In this document: one piece after another, positions 8,693-18,067 of the stretch
Layout of the letters: every line of letters starts with the position of its first letter
How positions within the stretch are numbered: position 1 is the stretch's first letter
IMG/VR virus record: IMGVR_UViG_3300050821_002957
Location: 310,001 to 374,000 of that record
Reading direction: 5' to 3' (one strand)
DNA length: 64,000 bases
Program-made: the position numbers and the translations under genes
Notes under the pieces: model-generated
The model's database searches: none
What the model saw: the letters and a program-made list of their open reading frames with translations, nothing else
Told to the model about the DNA's origin: nothing

Positions 8693-9177
8693 CTAGCCCT
8701 ATGATTGATGTCGAAGAAATATTTGCCGTCTGTGCTCAAGAGTTCCCAGATGTCGAAAAGCGAGTCTTCAGCGAGCCTGATTTTTTAAAGAATGACGGCA
8801 AATACAATTCTAAAAATGAATGGGAAAGATTATGGGAAACACATCATCATCGTGATGCCGTGGTAGAGCATAAAGAAACGGCAGATAAAATTGTGGAGAT
8901 CAGCACCCATGATATTTTCTTTCGTTCTAACATAGGCAAAGGTTCCAAAGGAGAACAAAAGCGAGCTATTGAACCGTGGAAGTATGCGTACAGCTACAAG
9001 TCCACATCAAGTAACAAAAAGTATCGGTGTGTCGGCGGTCCTCTCGATGGGAAATATTCGACCATTGGAGCCGACAAAAATTACGTCAGCTATAACTGTT
9101 CCGCCAATTCTCGTTATGGCAAAAAGAAGTATCCAACCGGAATGCTGATTCATACGAGTTTATTAGGAGTCAAATGA
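8689..9177 (+). CDS. Hypothetical protein
   Basis: Coupled ORF; N-terminus (MIDVEEIFAVCAQE) resembles that of 9359..9565. Confidence 0.6.
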   Translation: MTSPMIDVEEIFAVCAQEFPDVEKRVFSEPDFLKNDGKYNSKNEWERLWETHHHRDAVVEHKETADKIVEISTHDIFFRSNIGKGSKGEQKRAIEPWKYAYSYKSTSSNKKYRCVGGPLDGKYSTIGADKNYVSYNCSANSRYGKKKYPTGMLIHTSLLGVK

Positions 9178-9362
9178 AAATACCTGTCAAATTGAATAAA
9201 GAAAAGCAAGCTAAGTTCGACATATTGGTGGCGCAACTGATTGAAGAAGGATTTGATGTTGCTCTGAACAATCAACAACAAACTGTCACATTTTATCTAA
9301 ATCATACTGACTCGATGTATTCTCTCAATCTACACGCCGATGGAACCTGGACATTAGAATGA
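9174..9362 (+). CDS. Hypothetical protein
   Basis: ATGA-coupled ORF. Confidence 0.6.
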   Translation: MKIPVKLNKEKQAKFDILVAQLIEEGFDVALNNQQQTVTFYLNHTDSMYSLNLHADGTWTLE

Positions 9363-9565
9363 TCGATCCAGAAGATGTATTTCGAGTTTGCGCTGAAGAG
9401 AGAATCATTCCAACTCTCAATCGTGAACCTGTGTATTTCATTACCGAAGAACTGTTCAAGCATCGAATGGAGTGTGCCAGCTATGGAACAGATCGCATAC
9501 CAGAAGTGACGGATGACGACGTAGAAAAGATGGTGAAACAGTTAATCAAGAAAGGCCAAAAATAG
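9359..9565 (+). CDS. Hypothetical protein
   Basis: ATGA-coupled ORF. Confidence 0.6.
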   Translation: MIDPEDVFRVCAEERIIPTLNREPVYFITEELFKHRMECASYGTDRIPEVTDDDVEKMVKQLIKKGQK

Positions 9566-9583
9566 TGCCTCTACATAGTATTA

Positions 9584-11260
9584 GTGTCAGATATTCTTCA
9601 CATCTCGAAGGCCAACGAGACCTATATTCGTCTCAAAGCCGACCGTCATATTTTGATGGAGCTTTGGGATCATTTTTCCTATCCACATCCTAATGCTGCA
9701 TTCATTCCTGCGTTCAGAGAAAAGCGCTGGGATGGCAAAGTTCGTCTCCTCGATTTACGATCTGGCAAGCTCCCTCTCGGTCTTCATCTCCTAGTCAAAG
9801 AATACTGCGATCAGATGGGATACGAAGTTTCCTATGAGGACCCTATTGACGTAGAAAATCCCTTCTCTGTCGAAGAGTTCCGGCGCATGATCGAAGCTCT
9901 CAAGCCTTCTACCGAAATCGAAGGCGTCCGGGAGATGATCGTTCCACATGATTTCCAGGAACGTGGCATCATTCATGCGATCCAAGCCAATCGATCCCTT
10001 CTCTTGAGCGCAACCGCCAGCGGCAAGTCTTTCATGATTTACGTTCTGCTGCGCTATTACCTCGCCAGGACCAAAGGAAAAATTTTGATCATTGTTCCGA
10101 CCACTGCTTTGGTAAGTCAACTTTACGATGATTTTATCGACTATGCCCATTACGTAGATTTCAATGTCGAAGCCAACTGTCACAAGGTCTACGATGGCGG
10201 CGAGAAGCGTACAGACAAACGTGTGACGATTTCTACGTGGCAGGCGTTAGCAGTGAAGGAGCGCCTCCCTAAAGAGATCCTGGACGAACTGAAGGCTGAA
10301 AAGACACCGGCACAGGTCAAGGCCATCGTCAAGAAGTGGAACAAGCAAGCTCCGTACATTTTGGAAGAAGAGTTCTTTCACGAGTTCAAAGTGGTCTTCG
10401 GCGACGAATGCCACAAATTTTCTTCGCAAGATCCAGGTGGCGGCGGTGAGCTAGAAGAAATCATGTCGAAACTGATCAATGCCCGTTATCGGATCGGGAC
10501 GACAGGAACACTCAGGGACGCCAAAATTCATCACATGGTTCTCGAAGGTATTTTCGGCAAGGTCTACAAGGTTGTCACCACCAGAGAATTGATCGACCAG
10601 AAGAAGGCCGCAGAGCTTTACATCAAGTGTCTACAATTTCAGTATTCAGATGCAGAGCGGAAGATGATGAAGAAAAAATCCTATCCCGAAGAGATGGAAT
10701 TTCTTCAGTCACATCAACATCGTAATCGGTTCGTCAGAGATCTCGCTTTGTCGCTGGACGGGAATACATTGGTCCTGTTTGAAAAGATCGACAAACACGG
10801 CAAAATTTTGTTCGACATGATCAAGGACAACATTGCGCCGGGAAGAAAACTGTTTTTTGTCTATGGAAAAACGCCGACCGAAGATCGCAATCAGGTTCGG
10901 AAAATCACAGAAGGGGAAAAGGACGCCATTATCGTTGCCTCTTATGGAACGTTTGCCGAAGGCGTAAATATTCGCAACATTAATAGCATCATTTTTGCTT
11001 CACCGACCAAGGCAAAAGTCCGGGTACTCCAGTCGATTGGTCGTGGCTTACGCCTGTCCCGGAGGAAGACGATGGTGACCCTGTACGATTTGGCCGACGA
11101 TCTGTCTATTTGGAACAAAAGTGGAACGATGGTTCATGATAACTATTCGCTCCAGCACTTTACGGAAAGGATCAATTTTTACAACACCGAGCAGTTCGAT
11201 TACAAGCTGTACAAATGTTGGTTGGAGCCGAATGAAGTTCAAGGACTATCAGGAACATAA
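9584..11260 (+). CDS. uvsW: UvsW SF2 DNA/RNA helicase
   Basis: WDGKVRL, SATASGKS, GDECH, GTTGT, LQSIGRGLR, LYDLADDL. Confidence 0.95.
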   Translation: MSDILHISKANETYIRLKADRHILMELWDHFSYPHPNAAFIPAFREKRWDGKVRLLDLRSGKLPLGLHLLVKEYCDQMGYEVSYEDPIDVENPFSVEEFRRMIEALKPSTEIEGVREMIVPHDFQERGIIHAIQANRSLLLSATASGKSFMIYVLLRYYLARTKGKILIIVPTTALVSQLYDDFIDYAHYVDFNVEANCHKVYDGGEKRTDKRVTISTWQALAVKERLPKEILDELKAEKTPAQVKAIVKKWNKQAPYILEEEFFHEFKVVFGDECHKFSSQDPGGGGELEEIMSKLINARYRIGTTGTLRDAKIHHMVLEGIFGKVYKVVTTRELIDQKKAAELYIKCLQFQYSDAERKMMKKKSYPEEMEFLQSHQHRNRFVRDLALSLDGNTLVLFEKIDKHGKILFDMIKDNIAPGRKLFFVYGKTPTEDRNQVRKITEGEKDAIIVASYGTFAEGVNIRNINSIIFASPTKAKVRVLQSIGRGLRLSRRKTMVTLYDLADDLSIWNKSGTMVHDNYSLQHFTERINFYNTEQFDYKLYKCWLEPNEVQGLSGT

Positions 11261-11699
11261 AGAGGAAATCTCAATCCGATTGATAAAGTTGGTAAGCGGC
11301 GAAAGCATCATCTGTCGAGCGCCGGAATGTGAAGGATCGCTGCTGACGATTTTCTGTCCAATGCAGGTGACCGAGATCAGTACGACGGACCTTTCGACCA
11401 ATGAAAGCATCTATCTGATGACGCCCTGGATTCCGTTCGCTGTCGATCAGACATTGCAACTAAATAAAACCACCATCATGCTGCTTACGGAAGTGCATGA
11501 AGATATGGCGCAAGCGTACCTGGAGCGGGTCGATGTATTTGTGAATGGAGGAGAAGAAGAAACAGAAGAACCGCAGAGAGTGCTAAAAGAACGTCGGCTT
11601 TGCAAACATCAGCGATCTACCAGTATGGATGCGGATGAAGAAACGGAGCCGCCAACGAACCAAAAAGCACGATCCCGAAGAAAATCAAAATCAACTTGA
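11232..11699 (+). CDS. Sm-like conserved T4-like phage protein
   Basis: IKLVSGESII...PM....PWIPF pattern of the gene between uvsW and gp55 in T4-like phages; GGAG before ATG 11232. Confidence 0.65.
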   Translation: MKFKDYQEHKEEISIRLIKLVSGESIICRAPECEGSLLTIFCPMQVTEISTTDLSTNESIYLMTPWIPFAVDQTLQLNKTTIMLLTEVHEDMAQAYLERVDVFVNGGEEETEEPQRVLKERRLCKHQRSTSMDADEETEPPTNQKARSRRKSKST

Positions 11700-11817
11700 T
11701 GATCAGGATCGCCACAAGGACTTTGACCATAAACCAGACGAATTTGGTGATGCCAACTGCGCCTTTGGCGGCAAGATAGATCACCGCAATTAGTATCAAA
11801 AGAAAGAAAAAAGGCAT
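11617..11817 (-). CDS. Small membrane protein
   Basis: Two hydrophobic segments; own divergent promoter TTGACA-N17-TACTGT. Confidence 0.6.
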   Translation of the reverse strand: MPFFFLLILIAVIYLAAKGAVGITKFVWFMVKVLVAILIIKLILIFFGIVLFGSLAAPFLHPHPYW

Positions 11818-11825
11818 ACGAGCAC

Positions 11826-11883
11826 ACAGTACCATGTTTAGATGTAGATGTCAAGTTGACAGATCCAGAAAGCATGGTGAAAT
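11826..11883. promoter_or_regulatory. Back-to-back divergent sigma70-type promoters
   Basis: TGTCAAGTTGACA (11849-11861) supplies both -35 boxes; -10 TGAAAT (+) and TACTGT (-). Confidence 0.6.
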
Positions 11884-11959
11884 AGACACATGACGGCACA
11901 GCACCAGTTTCAGCAAAAGCGTGGTTCCAGGCCGTTAAATTTGGAGAACCACAGAAAGG

Positions 11960-12628
11960 ATGACAGATACCAAAGAACTAGAAATTACGCCACCCAAAAA
12001 GGCTACGACTCACTACGTTGACAACAAGAAATTATTTGCTGCACTAGTCGAATGGCAGAAGGATTTAAAGCGAGCGCACCGGAAGAAAGAACCGAAGCCG
12101 CAACTTCCCGAATACGTCGCCGAGTGCATGATGAAGATGGCGAATCGACTTTCTCAGAAGGCCGGATTCGTGAACTATACGTATCGAGAAGACATGGTAG
12201 GCGATGCCCTCGAATCATGTCTACGTTATATTCACAATTTCAATCCTGCAAAAAGTAACAACGCCTTTGCTTACATTACGCAAATTATTCATAATGCATT
12301 TATTAGGAGAATCCAGAAAGAACAGAAGCAGCTTTACGTCAAAATGCGTATTGTAGACGATGCTGACTTCGTAGGTTCGTATGAAAGGCAGGAAGGAGAC
12401 TCGACACAGTACAACAACTCTTATGTGACTTATCTACAGGAAAATAAGGGCGACGTGATTTCCAAATTTGAAAGTTGGAAAGAGTCGAAGAAGACCAAGG
12501 CAAATGCAAAGAAGAAAGAGGCAAAGCTGCTGGCTGGATTGTTTGTCGAAGAAGAGCCAGATGCAGCGGTTGTCGTGACAGTTACACCGAAAAAGAAAAA
12601 AGCGAAGGTAGCAAAGGCAAAGAAATGA
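11960..12628 (+). CDS. gp55: Late-transcription sigma factor gp55
   Basis: HYVDNKKL, FVNYTYREDMVGDALESCLRYIHNFNP.KS.NAFAYITQI..NAFIRRIQKEQKQ. Confidence 0.96.
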   Translation: MTDTKELEITPPKKATTHYVDNKKLFAALVEWQKDLKRAHRKKEPKPQLPEYVAECMMKMANRLSQKAGFVNYTYREDMVGDALESCLRYIHNFNPAKSNNAFAYITQIIHNAFIRRIQKEQKQLYVKMRIVDDADFVGSYERQEGDSTQYNNSYVTYLQENKGDVISKFESWKESKKTKANAKKKEAKLLAGLFVEEEPDAAVVVTVTPKKKKAKVAKAKK

Positions 12629-12900
12629 TCACAATTGATTACATCATCAGCGATATTGAAAGGCAGGACGGAAAGGTTTTGTTGTGGTTGACACGTCCGT
12701 TCGGGCCGATCCCAGAAGAACAAGCGGGAGATCTGAAGGAAGGCGACGAGATGACCATTAACATTGCATTCCCCGGCGACATTCCACCAGATGCACCCAC
12801 TGACGAAAACCAATTGAATTTGTTCGACGGGCATGAAGTTGTAAGCGACAATGGTGAGACTGTCCTAAGGGAAGAATGCGAACATGGAATTTACTCCTGA
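12625..12900 (+). CDS. Hypothetical acidic protein
   Basis: ATGA-coupled to gp55. Confidence 0.6.
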   Translation: MITIDYIISDIERQDGKVLLWLTRPFGPIPEEQAGDLKEGDEMTINIAFPGDIPPDAPTDENQLNLFDGHEVVSDNGETVLREECEHGIYS

Positions 12901-13474
12901 GTTTATTGCAGCAGCGAAGAAGGCGGCAAAAGAGACTGCCGACAGTTTCACTCTTCTTAATGCACCAAAGGCCGATCCGTTGGCTTTATTTCCTTCTGAA
13001 AACGAAGTATCTGAAGAAGAAGAAAAAGTACTGGCAATCATCAAAGAGATAGAACAAGTACCGAGTGCTTACGACAGGATAAATCATCGGCGACTAATCA
13101 ACTCGATCACAGAGTTTGTTCGACACGCTTTAATAGAGTCATTGTTTGAATATCCAGAAGATATTCCGCCGTTTGTAACTCGTATGATCGGTCTTTATCT
13201 TGATCATCTTCAAGAAAAGGAATCAATAGAAAGCTATTCGGTAGTCTGTGACACACGAAACAACACCGATGGAGTATATGACACGACCGAATTGGTGGTC
13301 GATGTCTACATTACGCCGACCAAGGCGATGGAATACATTCAACTCAATTTTGTTCTGACCGAAAAGGGTGTTGGATTTGATGAAGTCACCGGATCGTTTG
13401 ACAGCGAATCTGATGGTTCTGAATATGACAACGGTCTAGATTGGCCGAATGATTTTTGTCCCGAATACGAATGA
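12884..13474 (+). CDS. Stand-alone tail sheath (gp18) C-terminal domain protein
   Basis: SAYDRINHRRL...LFE...YSVVCDTRNNT...LVVDVYITPTKAMEYIQLNFVLTEKGVGFDEV matches the gp18 C-terminus. Confidence 0.8.
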   Translation: MEFTPEFIAAAKKAAKETADSFTLLNAPKADPLALFPSENEVSEEEEKVLAIIKEIEQVPSAYDRINHRRLINSITEFVRHALIESLFEYPEDIPPFVTRMIGLYLDHLQEKESIESYSVVCDTRNNTDGVYDTTELVVDVYITPTKAMEYIQLNFVLTEKGVGFDEVTGSFDSESDGSEYDNGLDWPNDFCPEYE

Positions 13475-13809
13475 CTTCCGATAACGACCAATACGAAGTA
13501 ACAGCAGTCAGTGATCATAGACGATGCTTCTCGAAGTTCATCTTTGACATGACGAACGTCGAAGGCTCTCCCGGCATCGGCTGCACCTGCAAGACAGACA
13601 CAATAGAGACACGAATTGTCGGTACACAGTCATATCGTAACTGGCAATTCCCAAAGGGCCGCAACCCGTTCAAGGTTGGTCAGATTGTCACACTTGAAAA
13701 TTTGAAGACTGGTCGAACCACCGGAGCCATTCAAGAAGCTGAGGCGAAGTTAGCAGAACGCCGCAAGAAAATACAACAGGATAAGGAAGCTGAGAAAGGG
13801 AAGTCATGA
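13471..13809 (+). CDS. Hypothetical protein
   Basis: ATGA-coupled ORF. Confidence 0.55.
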   Translation: MTSDNDQYEVTAVSDHRRCFSKFIFDMTNVEGSPGIGCTCKTDTIETRIVGTQSYRNWQFPKGRNPFKVGQIVTLENLKTGRTTGAIQEAEAKLAERRKKIQQDKEAEKGKS

Positions 13810-14144
13810 CAAGAGAACTGAGAAGGAAGTTGATAAAGGCAGCACATGAGAAGTATGTGGCAGCACGCTCTGAGTTATACAGAAAATGTCATGAAGAACT
13901 GATGGCAATTAAGGACGAAATTTACGCTCCGCTTGACCTTATAGAAATCGATGATAAGCTGGTTTTGAGCAGGAAGCCCACCCGATGGCGTAGTAACGGT
14001 AATGATGACATCTGCAACATAGGAGAACTATGTCTACGTCATCATCAAGAGCCGAAGAACTGCGAGAGGCTTACGAATTACTCTCTCAACACGCCCGATT
14101 TAGCAAGAAATTCTTCACTGATCAATACACAAAATTTGGCATGA
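13806..14144 (+). CDS. Hypothetical protein; 3' end possibly frameshifted (alternative stop near 14021)
   Basis: Coupled start; overlaps the SD-led ORF at 14030. Confidence 0.45.
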   Translation: MTRELRRKLIKAAHEKYVAARSELYRKCHEELMAIKDEIYAPLDLIEIDDKLVLSRKPTRWRSNGNDDICNIGELCLRHHQEPKNCERLTNYSLNTPDLARNSSLINTQNLA

Positions 14145-14182
14145 GAGGCATCAGACAGTTGATTGCTTTACTTGTGTTATGA
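14030..14182 (+). CDS. Hypothetical 50-aa protein (MSTSSSRAEELREAYELL...)
   Basis: AGGAG upstream; stop overlaps next ATG (ATGA). Confidence 0.55.
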   Translation: MSTSSSRAEELREAYELLSQHARFSKKFFTDQYTKFGMRGIRQLIALLVL

Positions 14183-14793
14183 ATTACCACATGAACAGAG
14201 TGAAGGCTGTTGAAAAAGGAGAGCACTGTTACGAGGGCAACCCTTGTAAATACGGACACACACTCAAAAGTATTGGGAAGCGGGATCGTTGTATCCCATG
14301 CAGGCAAAAGGATGAAAAACAACGAAACTCCACTGAGAAAGCTCGTAAACGAAGAAGTGAGGCCCAACGTCGATTCCGACGAACTGAACACGGCCAAGTC
14401 TATTTCAAAATCCTAGAGAAATCATTAGAACGTCGTGAAAGAAAACGGGCAAGAGAACAAACCGCCGACAGTAGAGAGAAGAAACGCCATTATCACAGAA
14501 AAGCAAAATACGGTATTGATCGACAAAATTTTGAGATGTGGTTAGCAATTCAAGAACATGTATGTCCAATTTGTCGGGAACCCTTGTATGAGGGTGTAAC
14601 CGGAAGTGAGCAGTTGTGTGTAGATCATGATCACAATTGTTGTCCAGGAAATCATACTTGTGGAAAATGTGTTCGTGGATTTTTGCATCGACGCTGTAAT
14701 ACTCTTTTGGGATTGACAGAAAAATATCCAGGAACATGGAGTGAAAACACTAGGCGATATTTGACTAGCAAAGGGATGGGTAGAATTATATGA
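14179..14793 (+). mobile_element. Endonuclease VII-like homing endonuclease
   Basis: KYGI...Q...CPIC...LCVDHDH.CC....CGKCVRGFLH..CN..LG. Confidence 0.85.
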
Positions 14794-15452
14794 CCTATCG
14801 TTGTTATCTCATCACGAATACAGTGAATCGCAAGCAATACGTCGGGTACACCAAGTATTCACTCATCACTCGTCTAACGGCACACTTTTCTAAAGCTAAG
14901 ACTGGTAGCCCCTCGACACTTCATGCAGCGATGCGGAAGTATGGCCGGGAGTCATTCAAGATTGAATTACTGTCCTTATCTAGAAGTCTTGATAGAGTAA
15001 GGTTCCGTGAACGGGGTTGGATCAAGACTTATAATACTTTCGACCAAGGATATAACATGTCCATTGGTGGAGAAACGTCGGCTCCTTCCACTAAAGTCTA
15101 TTCTGAAGTGCGTCGTCAAAAAATAGCTGCTAGAACGAAAGCATATTGGGCATCAGAAGAAGGTCAAGCAAAACGAAGGCGTCTCCAAATACGAAATAGA
15201 CGTATTCAATCTAATCGGATGAAGGTTCGTTGGGCAAATCCTACTGAAGCTCAACTGAAGGCACGTCGTCCAGGCCGACCCAAAGGTTCAAAAAACATCT
15301 GGCCGCTTCCATTTAAGTGCAAGCCAGTACAACACAACGATAAAATTTACAACAGCGCCAAAGAAGCCGCCGTAGAGTTTGGAGTAGTCGTTAGGACAAT
15401 CCATGCTTGGTGTGCGGCCCATAAGAATGGCTGGAGACATCCTTGGAAATAG
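14790..15452 (+). mobile_element. GIY-YIG homing endonuclease
   Basis: CYLITNTVNRKQYVGYT...R...H, AMRKYG, E..WI, GYN; C-terminal NUMOD1/HTH-like segment. Confidence 0.88.
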
Positions 15453-16537
15453 CATTGATCGGAGACACACACGCAGGGCATAAGAACGATAGCCTTCTGT
15501 TTCAGGACTACTTCAAGCGCTTTTACGATCAGGTGTTTTTTCCTGAATTGGAAAAGCGTAGTATCTCAACCATTATCCATGTGGGGGACGTATTTGACCG
15601 CCGTAAGTATGTCAATTTTCATATTCTTCAGCGAACGAGAGTTGATTTCTTGGAAAAATTGGCCGACTACGATACCCATTTCCTTTGTGGGAATCATGAC
15701 GTTTATTTTAGGGACTCCAATGAGACAAATGCCTTAAGAGAGCTTGTCTATGGACGCTATTCTAAGATTCACATCTACGAAGAGCCACAGGAGCTTGTCA
15801 TTGATGGTCTAAAAATCCTGCTTATGCCGTGGCTCAATCCTACGAACATGGACACTGGTCTCAGCATGATCGAACGTAGCACTGCATCGGTTTTGATGGG
15901 TCATTTAGAAATTGCTGGGTTCAAATTTGATCAGACTCAGGTGTGTGAGCATGGAATGGACAAGAACATTTTCGGCAAATTCAAGAAGGTGTTTTCCGGT
16001 CACTTCCATCATGCCTCAGAAGAAGGTCCGATCCGTTATCTTGGTGCGCCCTACGAATACACCTTTGCAGATCTGAACGATCCCAAAGGCTTCTACATCT
16101 TTGACACCGATACTTTAGAGCTTGAGTTCATTCAGAATCCAGAGCGAATGTTCTATCGAGTGATCTATGACGACCGGGAAGAAGATGCCGCCGAGAAGTT
16201 GCTGGGAATGGACTTCAGTGAGTTTGAAGGCAAGATGGTTCGGATCATTGTGCCATACAAGAACAATCCGGTCCTGTACGAGCAGTGGATCGACAAGCTG
16301 ATTCAGAACAATCCATCTGAGTGGTCCATCAAGGAACAACTGTCTCTTGAAGTGGATGGCGAAATCGAAGAGATGATGTTCGAGGAATTCAAGGTTGAAG
16401 GTGGTCAGGTCGTTCATGGCGGCACCGCTGAGATCCTGGACAAGTACATTGATGCTCTAGAAACCGATGTGAATAAAGACCGGCTTAAGGGTGTGCTGAG
16501 AGAATTGTTGGTCGAGGCTACGGCGTCTGTAAGTTGA
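15443..16537 (+). CDS. gp47: Recombination nuclease gp47 (Mre11/SbcD-like)
   Basis: GDTH, GDVFDRRK, GNHD, GHLE, SGHFH; TTG start with GGAG upstream. Confidence 0.93.
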   Translation: MEIALIGDTHAGHKNDSLLFQDYFKRFYDQVFFPELEKRSISTIIHVGDVFDRRKYVNFHILQRTRVDFLEKLADYDTHFLCGNHDVYFRDSNETNALRELVYGRYSKIHIYEEPQELVIDGLKILLMPWLNPTNMDTGLSMIERSTASVLMGHLEIAGFKFDQTQVCEHGMDKNIFGKFKKVFSGHFHHASEEGPIRYLGAPYEYTFADLNDPKGFYIFDTDTLELEFIQNPERMFYRVIYDDREEDAAEKLLGMDFSEFEGKMVRIIVPYKNNPVLYEQWIDKLIQNNPSEWSIKEQLSLEVDGEIEEMMFEEFKVEGGQVVHGGTAEILDKYIDALETDVNKDRLKGVLRELLVEATASVS

Positions 16538-16561
16538 CAAAAACCTGCTCCGTGGTGTAAT
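16534..16561 (+). promoter_or_regulatory. Sigma70-type promoter, 16-nt spacer, leaderless
   Basis: TTGACA-N16-TGTAAT with extended TG; ATG 6 nt downstream. Confidence 0.7.
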
Positions 16562-16567
16562 AGGTCT

Positions 16568-16825
16568 ATGAGTAAGATGCCTGACGTGCTCCGGGAATTT
16601 TTGTGGTCTTTGACAGAAGCCGAAGCGAACGAAATTCTGGACTGGATGGCAGCTACTCCACAGGTTGCACGAGGCAGTCAAATCACGGATATTGTGTACC
16701 GAGAGCCGATCAAGCAGGTTACGCAAGTGAATTATCCATATGTGCCTGTCGCCGACCCATACTACAGTCATGAGTGTGTTCAGTGTTGGTTGCCGAAGTA
16801 CTTGTGCATGTGTCCAGGAAAATAA
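16568..16825 (+). CDS. Hypothetical protein
   Basis: Behind promoter; C-terminal Cys cluster. Confidence 0.6.
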   Translation: MSKMPDVLREFLWSLTEAEANEILDWMAATPQVARGSQITDIVYREPIKQVTQVNYPYVPVADPYYSHECVQCWLPKYLCMCPGK

Positions 16826-16826
16826 T

Positions 16827-17267
16827 ATGAGTCATCAAACATACGTCGCCGGGTTCCTCTTCGACAGCACCTATGAGCACGTCGCCCTGATCAAAAAAGA
16901 GAAACCAGCATGGCAGAAGGGAAAGTTGAATGGTATCGGCGGAAAGATTGAGCCGGGTGAAACTTCTATTGATGCCATGCGCCGAGAGTTCAGGGAAGAG
17001 ACCGGAGTTGACATTCAAGAATGGAACCAATACATTCAACTTTCGGGTGATGAATTTGCTGTCGAATTCTTTTACGCCATCGGTGATCCTTTCCTAGTCC
17101 AGACGACTACGGAAGAAGTGGTGAACGTCTATGCCACCGGCTACTTGCCTCAGCTTGATACTATTCCAAATTTGCAGTGGCTCATCCCAATGGCAATGAC
17201 GATGGAATTTGAATCGGCTGGAAAGTTTTTGATGAAAGAGATCCCAAAAGTCCAGGTAGGAAATTAA
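16827..17267 (+). CDS. NUDIX hydrolase
   Basis: GGKIEPGETSIDAMRREFREETGV Nudix box. Confidence 0.9.
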   Translation: MSHQTYVAGFLFDSTYEHVALIKKEKPAWQKGKLNGIGGKIEPGETSIDAMRREFREETGVDIQEWNQYIQLSGDEFAVEFFYAIGDPFLVQTTTEEVVNVYATGYLPQLDTIPNLQWLIPMAMTMEFESAGKFLMKEIPKVQVGN

Positions 17268-17268
17268 T

Positions 17269-17430
17269 ATGGAATGTAAACACACCGACGAACACATTTG
17301 CGACTGTCCGTGTCATGCGACGACTGAGACCGGCGAACCAGCCGTCCTCCACATGATCCCTTGCTGTGACATCTGTAGCGTCTGCAAGCGGTACATCGAC
17401 CAGTACAAGAGCGTATCCATCAACGCATGA
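17269..17430 (+). CDS. Small Cys/His-rich protein
   Basis: MECKHTDEHICDCPCH...CCDICSVC; ATGA-coupled. Confidence 0.5.
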   Translation: MECKHTDEHICDCPCHATTETGEPAVLHMIPCCDICSVCKRYIDQYKSVSINA

Positions 17431-17633
17431 GAACATTCCGAGTGCGGGGAGATCGCAAAGACTGTACGTATGATTTATGGAAGCACCTGCCTATTAACGA
17501 TGGTGACACATTACAATTTGATGATGGTGACTCTCAATTTATAGCTGGCTATGGCTGGAAGTTCACACCAATAAATCGTAATTTTGTAGTTTCGGTTCCG
17601 TTTCACATCATCCAACAACTTCAACAACAATGA
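17427..17633 (+). CDS. Hypothetical protein
   Basis: Coupled ORF. Confidence 0.5.
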   Translation: MRTFRVRGDRKDCTYDLWKHLPINDGDTLQFDDGDSQFIAGYGWKFTPINRNFVVSVPFHIIQQLQQQ

Positions 17634-18067
17634 CAATGCGCCGATGCCCTGCATGTAAACAGGATAAAGAAGATACGTTGGATAACTTTTATAAGAGAAC
17701 TGGAACGAGTAGAGTACATACCTACTGTAAACCATGTTATGCAGCGAGAGGAGTGGCTTATAGAAAGACAGTCAAAGACACCCCGGAGTTTAAATCGAAA
17801 CGCAGATTTGAGCAAAGAAAACGTAGGATGGGAATCGATAAAGATACTTTTTGGAAGATGTTTGAATTTCAATCGGGTATTTGTCCTATATGTAAATTAT
17901 CGTTAGAAGAAGGTACAGGAAAGGTTCATGTAGATCATGATCACAAGACTGGGAAAATACGAGATTTATTGTGTCGCCGATGCAATATCATGATAGGGTT
18001 GGCACAAGACAATCGTGAAATTCTAGCGGCAGCGATTCGATATTTGGAGAAACATGATTGTATTTAA
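17630..18067 (+). mobile_element. Endonuclease VII-like homing endonuclease
   Basis: N-terminal CPAC/CKPC; Q.GICPIC...HVDHDHKTGKIRDLLC..CN..IG. Confidence 0.85.

Noticed and set aside
14144-15452. Group I intron splitting gp47 around the endonuclease genes
   Set aside because: gp47 is complete from TTG 15443 with an SD; no upstream exon or intron core seen
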